From Rhizophagus irregularis (Eukaryota), in contig NC_089433.1 of NCBI RefSeq assembly GCF_026210795.1, forward strand, positions 4,650,001-4,714,000: a stretch of 64,000 nt of DNA, in the 5' to 3' direction. The notes under the pieces are model-generated. The model had not been told where the DNA came from, searched no databases, and saw only the letters and a list, made by a program, of their open reading frames with translations. The translations under genes were made by a program, and so were the position numbers. Shown here one piece after another: positions 43,017 through 56,560 of this stretch (its first letter is position 1; every line of letters starts with the position of its first letter).

Positions 43017-44871
43017 ATGCAGAACGTTAAAAAACTTATAAAAAAAAAGTCCTTTTTGCCTTCAAGAGGTATGTCGGACATATCTATCAATGAGTCAAGA
43101 GATGATTTTATCTTAACGAGTTCCATCAGTGCATCCTCGAAAGCCGAAATTCATAAATATGATGATATTCAAGATCTTATAGTCACCGCTGTAACTGCGC
43201 AAGGACTTTTGTCTCAATGTATGTTTTTAATTTCGAATTTTCATTCATATGTTGATATTATTATTATTTTATTATTTTAATTATTTAACATATATATTTT
43301 TTTAGATGAGCCTATCACTTTTATGGAAGATTTCATAAGCGTTGCATCTTTTATCGTGAAAAACAAAACATATGAATATTTTGCGGTTTATGATGGTCAT
43401 GGAGGTAGAGATTCTAAAACCGGAATAAAAAAAGGAGGTAAATATAAACAATGAACCTTTATTTGCTTTCTCTTATTCATATTAAACAATTAATGATTAT
43501 TTTCTTAAAGGACATGAAGTTGCGGAGGAGTGTGTTAAATATATACCGGAAATAATTAAAAATGCCTTAAAAAATAATGATGATGACATTAAAGATTTAT
43601 TGATTAAAAGCTTCGAAAAGGCTGATAAAGGTAATATTAATTGTAATTAATTAATTTACAAATTTGCTAATTGATATCTTTTCCTTTTTTTAGAGCATTT
43701 TTTAAAAGATAAAAAAAGATTTCCGGAAAATGTTGGTTCCACAGCAATTATCATGTTAAGGGAAAATAAGAACATTTATATTGTATGTATAGAATTAATT
43801 GATTAAATGTTCTTTCTGTATTTAAAACATTTATCTAATAATTTATTAATCAGGCTAATCTTGGTGACTCTCGTGCTGTAATTTGTAAAGATGGAAAAGT
43901 ATTTTTTGAAACAGATGATTTTGATTGGACTAGCCCTGCAGGTATTTTAAATTTATGAATAATTTACTTCAAACTTTCTGATTCTTTTTTTTATTATTAT
44001 TATTATAACAATTACAGAACTAGAACGAATAGGAATAAATAAAAATAATAAAACTTATGCTATAAAAACTAATTTTGGAATTAAGAAATTTATATTGAAT
44101 GGAAGATTTTTAAATGGTAAAATTAAAATCTTAATTTTTATTTTTTAACTTTATTAATATATTAATGTTATAATTATTTTAGGTGAAAAGTGGAATATAG
44201 CAGCTTCACGTAGTTTTGGGGATTATCATTTTAAATTAGGTTCAAATAAACCTCCTGTTACAGGTAAAATTTATTAATTTATTAATTAAACTATTAATTG
44301 CATTAAAAATATGTGTGTGTAATTAAATTTTTAATAATTTAGCCAAGCCCGAAGTGAGTAGTCTCGTAATTGATGAGGATATGAAATTGATTCTTATTGC
44401 TTCAGATGGTTAGTAAAATAATTTAGAATTTATCATTATGAAAAATAATAATTAAGCAATGAACTAAAAAAAATTATTCTTTAATTATTAGGAATTTGGG
44501 AAAATGAGAAAGGATTGAAATCTGAGCATTATGTTTCAAAATTTATACAAATTGCCAAAAAACAAGATTCACCAAATGCAGATGAATGTTTAAAAGAAAC
44601 TTGCAAAGAATTTGTTAGATGGTGTATGATTGCTCAATTAAAATTTGAATATAGAAATTATGGAGATAACATTGCTTTAATTGCTATTGGAATACTTAAT
44701 GGAAAAAGTAAAGCAGAATGGTTTAGAGATATTAAAAATTGGAAAGGAATATATGAAGATAATAATTTAATTTCAAAAGATATAGATGATGCAATTCAAG
44801 AAGAAGATAGTGAAGAAATTGACTATGGATCAGATAGCGAGAGTTGTAAAATTGATTTTACCCAACTATAA
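43017..44871 (+). CDS. PP2C/PPM protein phosphatase, 9 exons (43017 or 43071-43218, 43306-43437, 43511-43630, 43694-43782, 43854-43941, 44018-44116, 44183-44263, 44343-44408, 44492-44871)
   Basis: Spliced frame gives MED, AVYDGHGG, GSTA, ANLGDSRAV, SRSFGD, LIASDGIW and GDNI: the canonical PP2C motifs in order. Confidence 0.9.
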
Positions 44872-45720
44872 AAATTCTGTGAATAATAATAAAGTGGAAT
44901 TATATAAATAATTTACTGTGATAGATTTTATTTTTTTTTTATCCATTTCTCTCTCTATCACTCTTTTTAGTTAGATTATATATTATATAAAATATTTTAT
45001 ATTCATTTTTTTTTTGTTGTTGTATTCAAAATAAAATATATTGTTGTTTTTAAATATAAATAAAATAAAGTTATTTTAAATTGTTATATTATTATATTAG
45101 TCGTATTTGAGAACATTATTAAAAGAAATAAGACTTATTACAAAAATTATAATTAAATACTATCATATAACTCAATTTTCGAAAAATATTGGTCATTAAA
45201 TTTCTTGTAAAATCTTGACCATATTCAATTGAAATAAAGTACTGTATATAATGAATATGAAGGCGGCTGTTTTATGAAAAATTTGAGAAAATCAGAGATA
45301 TATATAATTAGGTATAATCAAAGAAAATTAGGTAAAAGTATTATCTATTTAAATATAAATTTAAATTATTAATTATCACTTACCATTATCGTTTAGGTTC
45401 GAATTCTTGTCATATGATTTGATCGACACTAAAATCGGTAATGATTACGTAAGATAATTTTGTTTGACTTACGCAATTGTCATGTTTTTGTTTTTTCCCA
45501 GGATCGGCTCAATATCATGCATGTTCGCCATTTTTACATAAACTTTTTTAGCCACTGTGCTTTCCATGTATTTATGTCATCAATGATCATGCGTTAAGTT
45601 TCTTTATCGGGTAAATTGTCTCCATTACCGGAAAAAAAGACATATTGTAGAATGGACTTTTTACTTTTGATTGTGATGACCGCGCATATCCGTACATATA
45701 GCCATTAAGCATTGAAATTT

Positions 45721-46682
45721 CATATGGGCCGATTTGTCTCACTTCAATTATGTCACCTGTGGGTTGTCGATCATTGTCACATTTATCACCATAGCTAAAG
45801 TCCGTTTATTGGTCAAATTTCACGTGCGTGGTGATCAATAAATACGAACTTTAAAAAAATTTCGTTAAAAGAATTCAAAGAGAAAAAATTTTATAATTTT
45901 AATCACACAAATTTCATAATAAATAGAATTATTTTATAAACCACTTGAAAACAACCATTATATCTATTTTTATAAAGTAAAATTGTTCAAAATGAATAAC
46001 AGGAGACCGAGAAATCACGAAAACTATAAATAAATGTTATAATATGCTCAAAAATTATTATCCAAGCTTCCTATAATCCAATTTAAATAATTTTTAATAT
46101 TCTAAGAGGACAAACAAGACTCTTTCTTATAATACTAAAATTATCTAAACTCAGCATGTTTATCTATAGCTATAACTCTTTAAAGATATGGTACATAATC
46201 TCATCGAGGTAGTAAATAAAATAACACAGAACGTCCAAAAAAAACCTGTAATAAAATAAATAAGAATTAAAATTACAATAATAAAAAGATTTTTTTTAAA
46301 AGCTTTAATGTTTCTAATAAATATATGGGAACGTATTATTTTTGTTTTTTTCTAACGTAATAAGAGTTATTTTTGCCATTTTACCAAATAACCTTTCTAT
46401 TAAATAATTTTACAATACCACTTACCATTTCCAAAAAAAATAAATTCCTTCCAAAAAAAACCAATTCCAAACCAATTCCCGACAGGTTTTGACATTGAGA
46501 AATCAAGTTTTGCAAGCGTGCGAAGTCTTTGACAATTGGCTTAAAAGCAAAATCAAAATATACGTCATCATGCATTATTTGATATTATCACTATTTTCAC
46601 TATTTTTGTATATTGACATGTCGATCAAATTCACATTTATCACTTTTATTTATTAGTGATGTGAGCCAAATCGGCCCATATG
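45721..46682. mobile_element. ~960-bp segment bounded by 22-bp inverted repeats; putative non-autonomous DNA transposon
   Basis: CATATGGGCCGATTTGTCTCAC at 45721 vs GTGAGCCAAATCGGCCCATATG ending 46682 (21/22). A further ATCGGCCCATATG lies near 50397. Confidence 0.55.
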
Positions 46683-47743
46683 TTGTATCGAATTTGGCGT
46701 AAAAATTACAAATGTAAAAATTAATGATGTTATTAATGGTTAAAATATATTCCGGCTAAAATATCTTCGGATTATTATTTTTTTTTTTTACTGCTTCGGA
46801 TAATTTGTTTCTTTAAAAGGACGGAAATTTCTTTTTTTCCAAATAAAAACCTTTGTTTTTAATTTTGTACGTGTATCAAGTATATAGTTTGTACCGTAAT
46901 GTACAGTGTACCTAATTAATTTCTTTGTCGTTTAAAACGAAAAACTATAAGTAAATAATATATACAACCGGGAAAGAATAATCTTTAATAAAAATTGATT
47001 AATATTCTTTATATGTTAAAAAGTAAAAAAAAAAAAGTTGCTCCAAAATAGATGGAGAACGGGATTTGTTTTTATGATAGGCTCAAACGATCTCCGAGAA
47101 AAAAATCTCGGATTGATTCAATATGTCAAAAAATTATGTCAGTATTTAACAAATGTACTAAAAGTACTGTGATGAATTATTTAATTATCTCGCAATAATT
47201 TATGATTATTTTCTGATATTCTTACGGATGGTATACTAAAAGTTTTATGGCCGAAACTGTGATATAAATAGTCATCGTGAGAATGAATATCACAATTTTT
47301 CACGGAGCAGCCGTGAAAACCAAATTCTCCGTGAAATAATTATCACACATATTTTCCAAATATTTAATAAAAAAAATTCAGATATATTGAGTTTTGAGAG
47401 TAGAAATATTTTTTACCTCCAATTGTTAAAAATGCATATGAAAAATGAAAAGTAGTACAGTATATCTATTCTAATAGTACTGATGAGTGTACCAGATAAC
47501 CAGTAATTTTTAATTATAACGTTATTTATAATCGGAATAAATATTTATAATCGGAATAATAATTATTGCAGTTTTCAAAATTTTGTGTACATTGTGATTA
47601 CTGGTGATTATAATTACAGGAAGATTACAGGCCCGGTAATCGTCTTGTAATTTGGTAATTTTATTTATTAATTTGCATGGGTAGCACAATTACGAAACAG
47701 CGTTAAATCAATGACATTTTTTATTGTTATGACGAAGTGGAAA

Positions 47744-47904
47744 TGTTGTGCCCCAAATCTCAATATGCCCCAAATTGACGATAATCATCGATGATTACTA
47801 TATGTGAAAGGTAATGCTTTGAAAATTCTTAAGGCATTATAAAGATGGGCCGATAATTTAGGCCGATCGTTGATTTGGGGCAATCGTCAACTTGGGGCAC
47901 AACA
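47744..47904. mobile_element. 161-bp MITE with TGT...ACA termini, 13-bp perfect TIRs and 4-bp TSD GAAA (Ginger-like)
   Basis: TGTTGTGCCCCAA...TTGGGGCACAACA; internal second TGCCCCAAAT/ATTTGGGGCA pair; GAAA at 47740-47743 and 47905-47908. Confidence 0.8.
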
Positions 47905-48338
47905 GAAATAAGGCAATTAGAAGAAAAAAAATTAGAAGGTCAAAAAATTCGTTAAAATATTGCAAATTGCAAATTTAGAATTTGTAGAAATCAAATTCTA
48001 AGATTCATAATTATTATTTTAAATTGTAAAAATAAAAATAATTTTAAACTTACTTATTTTTAAATATCAAAGCAAATTTCCTAGTCGGTATAATTAAAAA
48101 TTCTCGTGTATAAAATATTAAAATTCTGTTTTTTATTATTTACAATTGTTATCAATTAATTTATATAACTAATTATTAATTTGTTTTTTCTATATTTATT
48201 AAAAATAAAATTATATTTATCTTATAAAAAAAAAAAATTAGAAATTTAGCACAGTCTAGTGTCTTAATGACCTTCAGAGAAGGGAAAAGGAAGTAAAAAG
48301 GATGAGAGAGGGAGAAAATAGAGAGAAAAAGCGAGGGT

Positions 48339-48548
48339 TAGAGGTCTGTATTGACAACCCAGACCGGACCGGACTCTATTATTGTATATTCTCAAAAACA
48401 AAAAAAATTGGCCAACTTAATTTTGGCTAGTATAATTTCGGCCAGAATTAAGACGATTTTGGCCAGAATTACAAAAATCCGGGTTTAACGAAAAGTCATG
48501 TGCCGGCTCGGACCCGGGCCGGGTTCCGGTCCCGTTTGCATGCCTCCA
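48339..48548. mobile_element. Old hAT-like MITE (~210 bp)
   Basis: Degenerate TIRs TAGAGGTCTGTA vs TGGAGGCATGCA; 8-bp flanks GCGAGGGT / ACAAGGGT (6/8); internal CCGG and GGCCAGAATTA repeats. Confidence 0.45.
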
Positions 48549-50419
48549 ACAAGGGTGTACATTAAAATCATTTTTTTTCATTGTATAGTACTTTTCCGTT
48601 AAAAATAATTACATTTGTCATCGAGATTAGGCCACTGATGCTAGACGAAAGTGTAGAGCGATTTCTCACCGGTATTTCTCTATATTTCTGCAATAACTTT
48701 AGATTTTTTTGCAGAAATTGGGAGTGTTTAAGCTCTAATGACATTATCTTATCAGATATTTAAATATAGTTGTACAACATTGAATTTATTGAATAAAGAA
48801 TTTGGTAATAGCAGTAGTAGAGAAGAGCTTTAAAAAATGCAGGGGTTAAAGTTGTTATTGTTAAAAGTTATACCTATTATAATGGAAATCAGATATTCTA
48901 TTTTGGTTTTGAAAAACCTCTTTTGCCTAAAGATGACGCACACATTTTATTGGTCAAAAGTAAATATTAGTTTCATATTTAATATCTGATATCGTAATAT
49001 TGCTACATAAAATCTACATGGAAAAATATAACATTTGATAGATAACATGTACAGTATATGCGTAATAAATAAACCATTGGTCTTTATTTATTTTATAATA
49101 TTCTGTTTTAAAGTAAAAGAAAATATATAATTGATAATATTAAATATGAAAGTGATTTATCAAAAACTATTTCTTTGGTAGTATATTTATATAAATAAAA
49201 TTTATTAGTTTATTAGCAAACGTTATTACAGTAAATGTAAAAGTATCAATATCAAATTCAAATTTTCTTGTCAAATCAGGTAAAATTTAGTTAAATTATT
49301 AAATTATGATATAAAATTATTTTTGTTTATTTTGATTTTTTTTTAATAATTTTATCTAAAATAATTTTTATTATAAAAAAAAATTATTATAAAAGATATT
49401 AACCAATTTATTTACAATATCTTATTAAATTTTTTTTACCATTATCATTATTATTTTCAGTATCTTCAATAAAATTACCATCATACTTTCCTTTATATTA
49501 TACAAGACTATTAGTATTTAATAATCATCCATTAATTAATAATTTATAATTTAAAAACTATCAAAATGATTGGATGGGCGATACTATCACGTGCATAAAG
49601 ATATTATAAACGTATGTGAAATTTCAAAAAATTTATGTATTTTACCATTCTATTATTAAATCATGCAAAATTATGCTCAACTAAAAGCTCTATTTTGAGT
49701 GTAATTTAATGATAATATTTTTACAAAAAACGGATTTAAATTAGCTAAATTATTTATTTTTGTAGTATAATATTTATTTTTCCCAAAAAAATTATATCTT
49801 TGTAACTTATGTTTAAAATTAGGTGAAATTATAACAAAATAAGGGTTTAACTAAGGTGATTCTAACAATACTAAAATAGAAATATTTATTAACAAGGGGT
49901 TAGGAAAGTCACAAAAAGTTCCCCCACTCTCTCTCTGATTTTTGAATAATAAAATTTGCCTAATTTTGAAATAAATAAAAATTTTTTGTTATTACTTAGA
50001 TTCTTTAATAAAATATGATATAAACAAACAAGAAATAAAATCACAACAAGTTTTGTCTAAAGTCCCAAACTTTTACAACTTCTTACAACTCTACTGAATG
50101 CCGAGAACTTTTAGAAAACAAAAAAAAAATAGTTACCAACTATATTTAATATGCAAATAACGTGAAATTATCACCTATACCAAAAACCCATTGGAAACTT
50201 AAAAACCCATTAGATTTCGCGCTGTTTATTTGTATCTATGGAAAATATTTTTATTTCAAAGTAACAAAAAAAATTTTTTTTTTAACCGGTCGGCATATAG
50301 ATGATCATGTAACACAATTGAAATAGGGGGTTGTGGAATAAATGTCACGTTTTTTTAATAAATTTTATAAATCCTTAATTTCAGCCGATTCTGTAGATCG
50401 GCCCATATGATGACATTTT

Positions 50420-50800
50420 TTATATGTCCAATATCTGATGACGCTATAATTTTAGCTGCATCAGCACATACTTCTTTTTTGTAGATAACCTTGATTTTCT
50501 CTTTTAATCAGTAGTTGTTGGTCTCTTGTTTGGATCAGAGTGCCAACATTCATTTGTAACAATTGGGGGACATATATCAATAATAAGTTCTTCATCATGA
50601 TTTTTATCCTAAAAAGGTCTTCTACCTGTCATTAATTCTCATATAATCATACCAAACTATATATATCTGATGTTTTAGTATATTTTGACCTTGAAGAACC
50701 TCTGGCGCAACATAAGGGATAATTCCATATATCTCATTTTCATCATCAAATGATTCAATTTCAGATTTACTACTTAATCTTAAATCACCTGTTATCGTAG
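50420..50800 (-). pseudogene. TKL kinase pseudogene fragment (C-lobe)
   Basis: ITGDLRLSSK...IYGIIPYVAPEVLQG, DIYSFGMII*ELMTGRRPF*DKNHDEELIIDIC, ECWHSDPNKRPT, with stops, frameshifts and deletions. Confidence 0.85.
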
Positions 50801-51482
50801 TTAAATTATGTAATTTTTGGCAATAGGATTTTGGGTAATTCCATAATTATATTTACAAGTTTCATTATACTATTTTAATTTTGTGTTATAGATAATGATA
50901 ATAAAATTGAAAATTTGAACGTGCTTTTTTGTAATTTATATCTGAATGATAGTTTTCGTTGATGATACGGAAAAGTTCGTTTTATAAAATTATAATTTTA
51001 TTATTATTATTTCTTTTAAAAAAAATTAAAAATACTTTCTCGAAGAACAAATGCTAAAGATGCACAAGTTCAACTAGTAGAAGTGTTTTTTAAGTATTGG
51101 GCATAATTATTATTTCATCATAGAAGATAATGAATGAAACACAAATTAAATAATTTGAAAAATAATGAGTATTCCCACAAATAATCGTCAGTATAGCAAA
51201 AAATATATATATATATACAATATATTGTTACTTGTGTACCTTTGGATACTGTAAGAGAGTTTTATATTAAAGAAAGTAAAATAATTATGTACTAGAATGG
51301 AAGCACTCTAATTTACTATTTTAATTTATTTATTTGATTCATTTATTAAACAGACATTTAATTAATAGCACACAATTATTTTAAATAAGCTTTAATAACA
51401 AATTTACTAAGATCGTTAAATCATGTCTCATTAAAGGAGTGAGATTACATACCTGAAGGAAGTGAAGGGTACTCATGGGTAC

Positions 51483-51611
51483 CCTATAAAAATGAAATAT
51501 TAAATTCGTTTTATATTTGTGTTCATGAATAAAAAAGCATCATTTTGTAGATATTTATTATCATACACATGAGCACAAATATAAAACAGTTTCGCATTTC
51601 GTTTTTATAGG
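51483..51611. mobile_element. ~130-bp palindromic MITE-like element
   Basis: CCTATAAAAATGAAAT...GTTTTATATTTGTGTTCATG is inverted-complementary to CATGAGCACAAATATAAAAC...ATTTCGTTTTTATAGG. Confidence 0.65.
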
Positions 51612-52050
51612 TGGTATACTCATTATTTCACGGTGTAGTTACCTCACGTGAATTATTATTGAAAGATGTCTTAACATTTTTTTGTTTCATATTATCAATG
51701 AGATACGAATCTATTTTAAGCAACCCCGGTTTGTTATAACCAAAAGCAGGATGTTGATCTTCGATCATCTTAATCATAATGATCAGTTATTAAATTAATG
51801 TTACGTGGTAAATACAAAACATTTTATTTTTCGTCGTTTAAATAATGCTCCTATTGCTGGATATATAAATTTTTTCTTTATTTTTGTAAAAAAATTTTTT
51901 TTCAATTGGTAAAATGGTGCAATTCAGATAAAGTTTAGAACAAAAAAGAAAAATTATTTCTGAATAAAGGGAAAAAAAAATCTTTTTTTTTGTTGTACGA
52001 AGATAAAATGAAATGCGAGTTTGATCAACATGATCATCTACCATTTCTTC

Positions 52051-52184
52051 TTTCATCAACATTTGCTCCGTCATCAACATTTATTGCTCCGTCATCAACA
52101 TTTATTGCTCCGTCATCAACGTTTCCTTGCTCTGTCGTCAACGTTTCCTTCAACATTTCCTTGCTCCGTTATCAACATTTGCTC
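52051..52184. repeat. 21-bp minisatellite (TTGCTCCGTCATCAACATTTA), about 6 degenerate units
   Basis: Units directly visible; they create the APSSTFI-repeat ORF in the track. Confidence 0.85.
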
Positions 52185-52953
52185 ATATGTCATCACTTGA
52201 TTTATATCCGGGGTATTTTAGACAGTGTTCTACAGTATTTCTACATTATTACCATTTGCACCATCATCGTTCGTTATATTAATAAAAAAAGCTAGTGTAA
52301 ATTTTTTTTAATTAGCTATTTCATTTTAAATTTATGGATTTTCTAGCATGGTTATCGTATAATATGAGATGTGTAATGTATTGCTTTAAATTTTACGGAG
52401 ATACTGCATATCTAATTTATATACTCATGAATAATTAGTATTACGTTGAAAGCGAAGCTACTAAACACCAATTATAAGTTAACATATTACCTGCATATTA
52501 CGCGAATAGATGGACACAAAAAAATAAATTTCAATAATTTACACGAGGGATAATGCTGTTGCACATCGGACACGGCACGGAGGAGATTTGTTACAATGTA
52601 ATATAAAGGTCCCGATTAAAACTTATTTTTGGCTAAACCCATAATTTTCTTTCTGAGTTTCATTTATAATCAACAACAATTCAAATGAACTGCGTCACAG
52701 TAACACAATGATCTTTCTGCATTGTATGAGAGTATTAAAAAAGGCAGTAAAAAATGATCAACTTTAATTTCGGTATTTGATGATCATTTAAATTTTAAAA
52801 GAAAAAAAGTCCTTAGAAATCAGTGGTTTAGAATGTCTTGGAATACAATATATATAAATGTGTGACTGAGTAAGCTAGAGACCTTTTTTTTTTGATATAG
52901 TCACTCGTCTAAAATATCTTAACTTCTGTTCTCAATACTAACCTTAATTTATC

Positions 52954-54152
52954 ATGAAAACTTTATACGTATTTATTCTTGCAATAGCAGTTTTACTATA
53001 TGTTGATGCGTTACCTTACATACCATCTAAAGTAGTAACAATTCCGCTAAAGGAGAAACGAATCACTCGTCGCAAGCCACGTAAATTTGATCGACGAGAC
53101 ACCACAAATGTGGAAGTTGATCAACAACATCCAGACATAGCATATTTTGGAGAACTATTTTTCGGTGATTCGAAATTTGATATACAATTTGATACAGGTT
53201 CAGCCGATTTATGGGTTATAGATGATGCCTGTCTTTCACCTGCATGTGACGATAAAAATCGATATGATCCTGAAACGGATGAAGACTTCCAAGATCTCCA
53301 TGAAAATTTTAATGCCGAATATGATAAAGGAACGGTAACTGGGACGCAAGGAACGACCATTGTTCAAATTGGGGATCTTTCAATAAGGCAAAAGTTCGGA
53401 TTGGCCGTCACGCTTACCAATGATTTTCAACGTGATGAATTTGACGGAATGATGGGGATGGCATTTAACGTAGCAAGTCAAAATGACCAAATCACACTAA
53501 TCTCCAACCTTTTTAATGATAATAACAATCATTTCGATGCACAACAGTTCTCTTTTAAACTTGGGAGAGATGCAGATGGTACGGAAGGCGAATTAACAAT
53601 TGGTGGAATTAATTCAGAAAGTTTTACTGGTGAGCTTACCTGGACAGGTCTATCGGAAAATAATGGTGGTCTGTGGATTATCCCTCTCGACGACTGCCTT
53701 GTCAATGGCGCAGCATTAAATTTAGCAGGTCGTATTGCAAACCTTGATACCGGAACCACATTAATAGTTGTACCACATGCTGATGCTCAGCAAGTTTACG
53801 CAAACATTCAACATGAAGAGAAAAATGGACATTTTTACATATCTTGCGATGTCCAAGTCACAATTAGTATGAGAATCAATGGTGCAACTTGGAATATTGA
53901 TCAAAGAGATTTTATAATTGAAGACGGTGATGAATGTTATGGGGCGATAGACGGAACCGATGATGGTATTGTTATTTGATTGACGTACTTATAGTCTAAA
54001 TTTTTAATGAAAATTGATTTTTAAAATATACTTTTTTTCACTCTCTTTTAGGGCCGGCCAACGAATGGATTCTTGGTGCCGCCTTTTTGAAGAATGTATA
54101 CAGTGTTTTTGATCTAGGTGGAATACAGATCGGATTAGGTCAATTAGCCTAA
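52954..54152 (+). CDS. Secreted pepsin-family (A1) aspartic protease, 370 aa; exons 52954-53965 and 54052-54152
   Basis: Signal peptide, basic propeptide, catalytic FDTGS and LDTGT, DGMMGMAF; exon 2 supplies WILGAAFLKNVYSVFD. Confidence 0.95.
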
Positions 54153-55267
54153 TCAAAATAACAGACGAATGTTCTTAAGCTTTATAACACTACATCATCT
54201 AATATAATTTTCAAACTTAAAAAAAAATATATATATATTAATTTAATACACTCATATACTGTATACAGTATAATTAATCTAGGTTACTCCAGTAGTATTC
54301 CGTGTCCAAATGGCCAAACTTTATTAATTATTTAAACAATAAATTCTTTTTAATTATATAATAAATATTAAACTCTTTTTTTTTATTTATAAATAAAATA
54401 AATCAGTGATTAATATAAATTTTTTTATTGTAAGCCACCATCGTATAATCTCTTATAAATTAAATAAAAAACTTTTTTTTTAAAAAAAAAATCAAAAATG
54501 CCTTCATCAGCTACTATTTTTGTGCCAAATTAAATCAAAAGGAATATAAATATTGTTTATTAACTAGAGTAATTGAAACGATGTGTTTCTATGTGACAAT
54601 TGTTTTACCAATTGATTATCGTACCATCAGTTAATACATGTTACATTGTTATATATTATATTTTATCCCACGGTTCTTAGTTAAAAATTTGGGTAAAAAG
54701 TCCATCAATATTGGAATAAAAAATCAATCATTATTAGTTAAAATAAATATATTAAAGGGCTTCATGGTACGGATACCGTGAGATAAAACAGTTATTTCAC
54801 GGAGTCACATGATTTTCACGGCCGCGCTGAAATAACTATTACATATATTACTTATATGTACATTATATCATATACTGTTTCTTTAATTAAATAATTAAAT
54901 AATATTTAATCGTAATATGTAATATAAAAGTTATTATTACTCATATTACTCATATTACATAGTTCCGATCTTTTTTTTCATCGGGTGCAAATTTTTGTGT
55001 GTGATAATTTTTTCTCACGAGTTAATTCATTTTGAGCCATGAGTCATCCTTTGAGTCATCCTATACATGTATAAAAAAAATTATATATATATACCCATAA
55101 ATACATACATGAATTTTAAAAATACGCAAAAAAAAATTTTTCTTTTTTCTTTACCAATACCGTTACTCTCAAATATACAACCTCGCACTTCTTATTTTTT
55201 TTGTTACTCTTTACTCTACATTTCTTCCAATATATATTTCCAAATTTTTTTTAAATATCAACACAAA

Positions 55268-56137
55268 ATGCAGTCAACTTCAGATTTTCAACAACAACAA
55301 CAAGAAAAAATTTCTCAAATACGTCGTCCTGGAATTTTCGCAAACTTTGTATATAAAATTGTAGAACTTGCTACCTATACTTCCGCTTTTGCCACTGATG
55401 CTATTAATATATTAAGTGAAAATACATTAAATACTGGAGGTCATTCAACAAGACGAAATTATAGTTATGATGATATCGATGATGATGATAAAAATGTCCA
55501 TGATCATAAGGAAAAAGATGTTTCTACTTGGGGTGAAAATGTAGAAACTGTTGAAGATGAAGAACTTCCTCCACCTTACGCAACAACATTTGCAACTACC
55601 AATACAACCACAACCGAAACTAAACTTTCACTTACTATTGATTATCCAACTATTCAAACTTCTCCAAAAATTTCAACACCAACACACTCACCAACGAATT
55701 CAACTTCACGAAGAAGAAAATTCCGTGTTCGTCATGGCCGTAGAATTATACGTCGCAAATCATCTTCCATTGATATGAATATTATTAAAAATACGGATAC
55801 TCATACTGATAATAATGTCGATCATGATGTTGATAGTTTTAATACGGATAGTCATATTGATAATAATTTCGATGATGATGTTGATACTGATAATAATGTC
55901 GATGATGATGTAGATATTATCTATGAAAGACTTAATTCCAAAATATCTGATATGATAGCTGAAGGTGAAGCTGCTTTAATCAGTAAGGTTGAAATTACAG
56001 AAGTTGACATGATACTTGCTGAGGAAAAAGAATATGAAGAACGAATTATGAAAGAATTTGGAATTCAAACTCCACTTCGTAGGCGAGCTCGTACAAATTT
56101 TAATGTCCACAATTACAATTACAATTACAATTTTTAA
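55268..56137 (+). CDS. Hypothetical low-complexity protein (289 aa from ATG 55268)
   Basis: Long ORF with coding-like composition: PPPY motif, S/T-rich, R-rich and D-rich segments, and a C-terminal helix RLNSKISDMIAEGEAALISKVE. Confidence 0.75.
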   Translation: MQSTSDFQQQQQEKISQIRRPGIFANFVYKIVELATYTSAFATDAINILSENTLNTGGHSTRRNYSYDDIDDDDKNVHDHKEKDVSTWGENVETVEDEELPPPYATTFATTNTTTTETKLSLTIDYPTIQTSPKISTPTHSPTNSTSRRRKFRVRHGRRIIRRKSSSIDMNIIKNTDTHTDNNVDHDVDSFNTDSHIDNNFDDDVDTDNNVDDDVDIIYERLNSKISDMIAEGEAALISKVEITEVDMILAEEKEYEERIMKEFGIQTPLRRRARTNFNVHNYNYNYNF

Positions 56138-56342
56138 TTGGATAATTTATATTCTCCTTTTTTCTTATTCATTTCTTTACAAAATTATCCATTTAGTAAA
56201 TACTATTCTACTTTCTTATTTTTTCTCAATTCATATATTTTATATATTTTTCAAAATTATCTTATATTATGTAGCTAGGTCCATTGCTTACCAAATATAG
56301 CATGGAGACATAATCTTTACCCTTTGGTCAACTTGGGATTAC

Positions 56343-56560
56343 TTGACCATTCTTTAGATAGATAATTTTTACAAGGGGATCGTTTGCATCGCCCTTAATT
56401 GGTGTCAGAGAGATCCTTTGTCTTGTAAAAATTTACCCTTTCTTGATCATTTGACCATTCTTAGATAGATAAATTTTACAAGGGGATCGTTTGCATCGCC
56501 CTTAATTGGTGTCAGAGAGATCCTTTGTCTTGTAAAATTTACCTTTCTTGATCATTTGAT
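56343..56560. repeat. Two near-identical ~108-bp tandem units, each folding into a long hairpin
   Basis: TTGACCATTCTT(T)AGATAGATAA..TTTACAAGGGGATCG...GATCCTTTGTCTTGTAAAA..CTTGATCAT is present twice. Confidence 0.9.

Noticed and set aside
45385..45415. GGTTCGAAT T-loop-like motif (also GGTTCGA near 9989 and 61201)
   Set aside because: No cloverleaf stems could be built, so no tRNA is called.
47478..47510. CTGATGAG hammerhead-ribozyme-like core
   Set aside because: No properly placed GAAA or flanking stems.
51990..52295. 101-aa ORF with APSSTFI repeats
   Set aside because: Explained by the 21-bp minisatellite; non-ATG start and no other coding support.
55067..55267. N-terminal extension of the 356-aa ORF
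   Set aside because: AT-rich UTR-like sequence; ATG 55268 has a better context.
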